DNA of 25,086 bases from the NCBI GenBank assembly GCA_002189035.1, contig NEEC01000249.1, forward strand, positions 1 to 25,086. Reading direction: 5' to 3'. Under the pieces are notes generated by a model. The model saw only the letters and a program-made list of their open reading frames with translations. It was not told where the DNA came from and did no database searches. Position numbers and translations under genes: made by a program. This document shows positions 19,701 to 25,086 of the stretch, piece after piece. Origin of the DNA: Utricularia gibba. Lineage: Eukaryota > Plantae > Magnoliophyta. The stretch's first letter is position 1; each line of letters opens with the position of its first letter.

Positions 19701-22700
19701 ATTCGGGTCGGCTTGGGGACAAAGTCAGCTGTAGCCCGTCAAAAGAAGTGATGCATTTATTAACGTTGGGTTGTCGGCGGCTGCCCACATGGTTTTTCAA
19801 GCAACAGCTTGCCGTTTTAAGGTGGGTGCTGTCGTTGGCAGCTTTGTAAGGGCCCAAGGTTTGGTCTGGCTCCTTAGCCCAATCGGGTCCTACTCGATGA
19901 AAATCGTGATGCATTTAATGAAGTTATGATGTCATGAGCGCCCCAAATGGTTTTCTCAACAACCTGATTTATATTTGACGAGGTGCTCTAGGCTGGCACT
20001 AGTATCGAGCAAATGGTCGAGTCGCGCTCTGGCCCATAGTCATTTGTAGCCCGGCCAAAAAAGTGATGCATTTATTAACGTTGGGTTTTCGGCGGCTGCC
20101 TACATGCTTTTTCAAGGAAAAGTTGTCGTTTTTTGGCGGGTGCTGTTGTTGGAACTTCGTCCGGACCCAAGGTTCGGTCTGACTTCACAGCACAATAAGG
20201 TCCCATTCGACGAAAATCGTGATACCTTTATTGAAGTGAGGATCTCAAGACCACCCCAAATGCTTTTTTCAACAGCATGCTATACACTTGAGAAGGCGCT
20301 TTTGTGGGTCACCGAGATCGGGCCGGAATTCGGGTCGGGCTTTGGGGACAAAGTCAGCTGTAGCCCGTCAAAAGAAGTGATGCATTTATTAACGTTGGGT
20401 TGTCGGCGGCTGCCCACATGGTTTTTCAAGCAACAGCTTGCCGTTTTAAGGTGGTGCTGTCGTTGGCAGCTTTGTAAGGGCCCAAGGTTTGGTCTGGCTC
20501 CTTAGCCCAATCGGGTCCTACTCGATGAAAATCGTGATGCATTTAATGAAGTTATGATGTCATGAGCGCCCCAAATGGTTTTCTCAACAACCTGATTTAT
20601 ATTTGACGAGGTGCTCTAGGCTGGCACTAGTATCGAGCAAATGGTCGAGTCGCGCTCTGGCCCATAGTCATTTGTAGCCCGGCCAAAAAAGTGATGCATT
20701 TATTAACGTTGGGTTTTCGGCGGCTGCCTACATGCTTTTTCAAGGAAAAGTTGTCGTTTTTTGGCGGGTGCTGTTGTTTGGGAACTTCGTCCGGACCCAA
20801 GGTTCGGTCTGACTTCACAGCACAATAAGGTCCCATTCGACGAAAATCGTGATACCTTTATTGAAGTGAGGATCTCAAGACCACCCCAAATGCTTTTTTC
20901 AACAGCATGCTTTAAACTTGAGAAGGCGCTTTGTGGGTCACCCAGATCGGGCCGGAATTCGGGTCGGGCTTGGGGACAAAGTCAGCTGTAGCCCGTCAAA
21001 AGAAGTGATGCATTTATTAACGGGTTGTCGGCGGCTGCCCACATGGTTTTTCAAGCAACAGCTTGCCGTTTTAAGGTGGTGCTGTCGTTGGCAGCTTTGT
21101 AAGGGCCCAAGGTTTGGTCTGGCTCCTTAGCCCAATCGGGTCCTACTCGATGAAAATCGTGATGCATTTAATGGAGTTATGATGTCATGAGCGCCCCAAA
21201 TGGTTTTCTCAACAACCTGATTTATATTTGACGAGGTGCTCTAGGCTGGCACTAGTATCGAGCAAATGGTCGAGTCGCGCTCTGGCCCATAGTCATTTGT
21301 AGCCCGGCCAAAAAAAGTGATGCATTTATTAACGTTGGGTTTTCGGCGGCTGCCTACATGCTTTTTCAAGGAAAAGTTGTCGTTTTTTGGCGGTGCTGTT
21401 GTTGGAACTTCGTCCGGACCCAAGGTTCGGTCTGACTTCACAGCACAATAAGGTCCCATTCGACGAAAATCGTGATACCTTTATTGAAGTGAGGATCTCA
21501 AGACCACCCCAAATGCTTTTTTCAACAGCATGCTATACACTTGAGAAGGCGCTTTTGTGGGTCACCAGATCGGGCCGGAATTCGGGTCGGGCTTGGGGAC
21601 AAAGTCAGCTGTAGCCCGTCAAAAGAAGTGATGCATTTATTAACGTTGGGTTGTCGGCGGCTGCCCACATGGTTTTTCAAGCAACAGCTTGCCGTTTTAA
21701 GGTGGGTGCTGTCGTTGGCAGCTTTGTAAGGGCCCAAGGTTTGGTCTGGCTCCTTAGCCCAATCGGGTCCTACTCGATGAAAATCGTGATGCATTTAATG
21801 AAGTTATGATGTCATGAGCGCCCCAAATGGTTTTCTCAACAACCTGATTTATATTTGACGAGGTGCTCTAGGCTGGCACTAGTATCGAGCAAATGGTCGA
21901 GTCGCGCTCTGGCCCATAGTCATTTGTAGCCCGGCCAAAAAAGTGATGCATTTATTAACGTTGGGTTTTCGGCGGCTGCCTACATGCTTTTTCAAGGAAA
22001 AGTTGTCGTTTTTTGGCGGGTGCTGTTGTTGGAACTTCGTCCGGACCCAAGGTTCGGTCTGACTTCACAGCACAATAAGGTCCCATTCGACGAAAATCGT
22101 GATACCTTTATTGAAGTGAGGATCTCATGACCACCCCAAATGCTTTTTTCAACAGCATGCTTTAAACTTGAGAAGGCGCTTTGTGGGTCACCCAGATCGG
22201 GCCGGAATTCGGTCGGGCTTGGGGACAAAGTCAGCTGTAGCCCGTCAAAAGAAGTGATGCATTTATTAACGTTGGGTTGTCGGCGGCTGCCCACATGGTT
22301 TTTCAAGCAACAGCTTGCCGTTTTAAGGTGGTGCTGTCGTTGGCAGCTTTGTAAGGGCCCAAGGTTTGGTCTGGCTCCTTAGCCCAATCGGGTCCTACTC
22401 GATGAAAATCGTGATGCATTTAATGAAGTTATGATGTCATGAGCGCCCCAAATGGTTTTCTCAACAACCTGATTTATATTTGACGAGGTGCTCTAGGCTG
22501 GCACTAGTATCGAGCAAATGGTCGAGTCGCGCTCTGGCCCATAGTCATTTGTAGCCCGGCCAAAAAAGTGATGCATTTATTAACGTTGGGTTTTCGGCGG
22601 CTGCCTACATGCTTTTTCAAGGAAAAGTTGTCGTTTTTTGGCGGTGCTGTTGTTGGGAACTTCGTCCGGACCCAAGGTTCGGTCTGACTTCACAGCACAA

Positions 22701-25086
22701 TAAGGTCCCATTCGACGAAAATCGTGATACCTTTATTGAAGTTGAGGATCTCAAGACCACCCCAAATGCTTTTTTCAACAGCATGCTTTAAACTTGAGAA
22801 GGCGCTTTTGTGGGTCACCAGATCGGGCCGGAATTCGGGTCGGGCTTGGGGACAAAGTCAGCTGTAGCCCGTCAAAAGAAGTGATGCATTTATTAACGTT
22901 GGGTTGTCGGCGGCTGCCCACATGGTTTTTCAAGCAACAGCTTGCCGTTTTAAGGTGGTGCTGTCGTTGGCAGCTTTGTAAGGGCCCAAGGTTTGGTCTG
23001 GCTCCTTAGCCCAATCGGGTCCTACTCGATGAAAATCGTGATGCATTTAATGAAGTTGATGTCATGAGCGCCCCAAATGGTTTTCTCAACAACCTGATTT
23101 ATATTTGACGAGGTGCTCTAGGCTGGCACTAGTATCGAGCAAATGGTCGAGTCGCGCTCTGGCCCATAGTCATTTGTAGCCCGGCCAAAAAAGTGATGCA
23201 TTTATTAACGTTGGGTTTTCGGCGGCTGCCTACATGCTTTTTCAAGGAAAAGTTGTCGTTTTTTGGCGGGTGCTGTTGTTGGAACTTCGTCCGGACCCAA
23301 GGTTCGGTCTGACTTCACAGCACAATAAGGTCCCATTCGACGAAAATCGTGATACCTTTATTGAAGTGAGGATCTCAGACCACCCCAAATGCTTTTTTCA
23401 ACAGCATGCTTTAACTTGAGAAGGCGCTTTTGGGGTCACCGAGATCGGGCCGGAATTCGGTCGGGCTTGGGGACAAAGTCAGCTGTAGCCCGTCAAAAGA
23501 AGTGATGCATTTATTAACGTTGGGTTGTCGGCGGCTGCCCACATGGTTTTTCAAGCAACAGCTTGCCGTTTTAAGGTGGGTGCTGTCGTTGGCAGCTTTG
23601 TAAGGCCAAGGTTTGGTCTGGCTCCTTAGCCCAATCGGGTCCTACTCGATGAAAATCGTGATGCATTTAATGAAGTTATGATGTCATGAGCGCCCCAAAT
23701 GGTTTTCTCAACAACCTGATTTATATTTGACGAGGTGCTCTAGGCTGGCACTAGTATCGAGCAAATGGTCGAGTCGCGCTCTGGCCCATAGTCATTTGTA
23801 GCCCGGCCAAAAAAGTGATGCATTTATTAACGTTGGGTTTTCGGCGGCTGCCTACATGCTTTTTCAAGGAAAAGTTGTCGTTTTTTGGCGGGTGCTGTTG
23901 TTGGAACTTCGTCCGGACCCAAGGTTCGGTCTGACTTCACAGCACAATAAGTCCCATTCGACGAAAATCGTGATACCTTTATTGAAGTGAGGATCTGACC
24001 ACCCCAAATGCTTTTTTCAACAGCATGCTTTAAACTTGAGAAGGCGCTTTTGTGGGTCACCGAGATCGGGCCGGAATTCGGGGGCTTGGGGACAAAGTCA
24101 GCTGTAGCCCGTCAAAAGAAGTGATGCATTTATTAACGTTGGGTTGTCGGCGGCTGCCACATGGTTTTTCAAGCAACAGCTTGCCGTTTTAAGGTGGTGC
24201 TGTCGTTGGCAGCTTTGTAAGGCCCAAGGTTTGGTCTGGCTCCTTAGCCCAATCGGGTCCTACTCGATGAAAATCGTGATGCATTTAATGAGTTATGATG
24301 TCATGAGCGCCCCAAATGGTTTTCTCAACAACCTGATTTATATTTGACGAGGTGCTCTAGGCTGGCACTAGTATCGAGCAAATGGTCGAGTCGCGCTCTG
24401 GCCCATAGTCATTTGTAGCCCGGCCAAAAAAGTGATGCATTTATTAACGTTGGGTTTTCGGCGGCTGCCTACATGCTTTTTTCAAGGAAAAGTTGTCGTT
24501 TTTTGGCGGGTGCTGTTGTTGGAACTTCGTCCGGACCCAAGGTTCGGTCTGACTTCACAGCACAATAAGGTCCCATTCGACGAAAATCGTGATACCTTTA
24601 TTGAAGTGAGGATCTCATGACCACCCCAAATGCTTTTTTCAACAGCATGCTTTAAACTTGAGAAGGCGCTTTTGTGGGTCACCGAGATCGGGCCGGAATT
24701 CGGGTCGGCTTGGGACAAAGTCAGCTGTAGCCCGTCAAAAGAAGTGATGCATTTATTAACGTTGGGTTGTCGGCGGCTGCCCACATGGTTTTTCAAGCAA
24801 CAGCTTGCCGTTTTAAGGTGGTGCTGTCGTTGGCAGCTTTGTAAGGGCCCAAGGTTTGGTCTGGCTCCTTAGCCCAATCGGGTCCTACTCGATGAAAATC
24901 GTGATGCATTTAATGAAGTTATGATGTCATGAGCGCCCCAAATGGTTTTCTCAACAACCTGATTTATATTTGACGAGGTGCTCTAGGCTGGCACTAGTAT
25001 CGAGCAAATTGTCGAGTCGCGCTCTGGCCCATAGTCATTTGTAGCCCGGCCAAAAAGTGATGCATTTATTAACGTTGGGTTTTCGG
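13717..25086 (+). repeat. Right homogeneous domain: 18 complete type II units plus a partial unit
   Basis: 19 unit starts with spacing 617-630. All complete units carry gaagt(t)gagg, cccgtc, aaggtgg, ccttagc and the non-G allele at gtta(t)g. Differences between copies are mostly 1-bp homopolymer length changes. Confidence 0.93.

Larger units (their letters stand above)
1..25086. repeat. Tandem satellite DNA array, ~629-bp unit, roughly 45 full or partial units, single orientation, open at both window ends
   Basis: The landmark ttgacgaggtgctctaggctggc recurs at 73, 697, 1324, 1949, 2572, 3199, 3828, 4456 and 5081 (spacing 623-629). It recurs again at 13717, 14347, 14974 and onward to 24344 and 24970 (spacing 617-630). 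No unique flank is present at either end. Confidence 0.99.

Noticed and set aside
1-25086. Rolling-circle concatemer of a single ~629-bp circular DNA
   Set aside because: Blocks of two multi-site haplotypes within one sequence are not expected from a single circular template, and the ancient nested monomer structure fits a genomic satellite. Provenance metadata would settle it.
13717-25086. Individual 1-bp indels as biological variants
   Set aside because: Almost all lie in homopolymers and most are non-recurrent, which is typical of long-read error.

Overview
The whole 25,086-bp window is one head-to-tail tandem satellite array in a single orientation. I found no supportable protein-coding genes, RNA genes, transposon insertions or CRISPR arrays; the ORF track only reflects the repeat. 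The repeating unit is about 629 bp and about 47% GC (hand count on the A half). It is a dimer of two related halves, A (314 bp) and B (315 bp). These align by hand at about 76% identity (240/315) with a single 1-bp indel. Each half is itself an older dimer of a ~157-bp monomer (157+157+158+157 in the clean copy at 3287-3915), giving a three-tier hierarchy of 157, 314 and 629 bp. Two sequence subfamilies differ at about 8 linked sites. Type I and type II alternate on the left, and only type II occurs from 13.7 kb to the end. Between them is an eroded (5.3-7.7 kb) and then scrambled (7.7-13.7 kb) zone made only of satellite fragments. Several signs suggest that at least part of this zone is a long-read consensus artefact: bases are lost exactly at type I/II polymorphic sites, both alleles appear in tandem at one site, and homopolymer noise occurs throughout. 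Recurrent identical junctions leave room for real rearrangement. A eukaryotic origin and a centromeric or heterochromatic role are inferences only, and I do not recognise the family. I see no evidence for a novel gene-encoded system.
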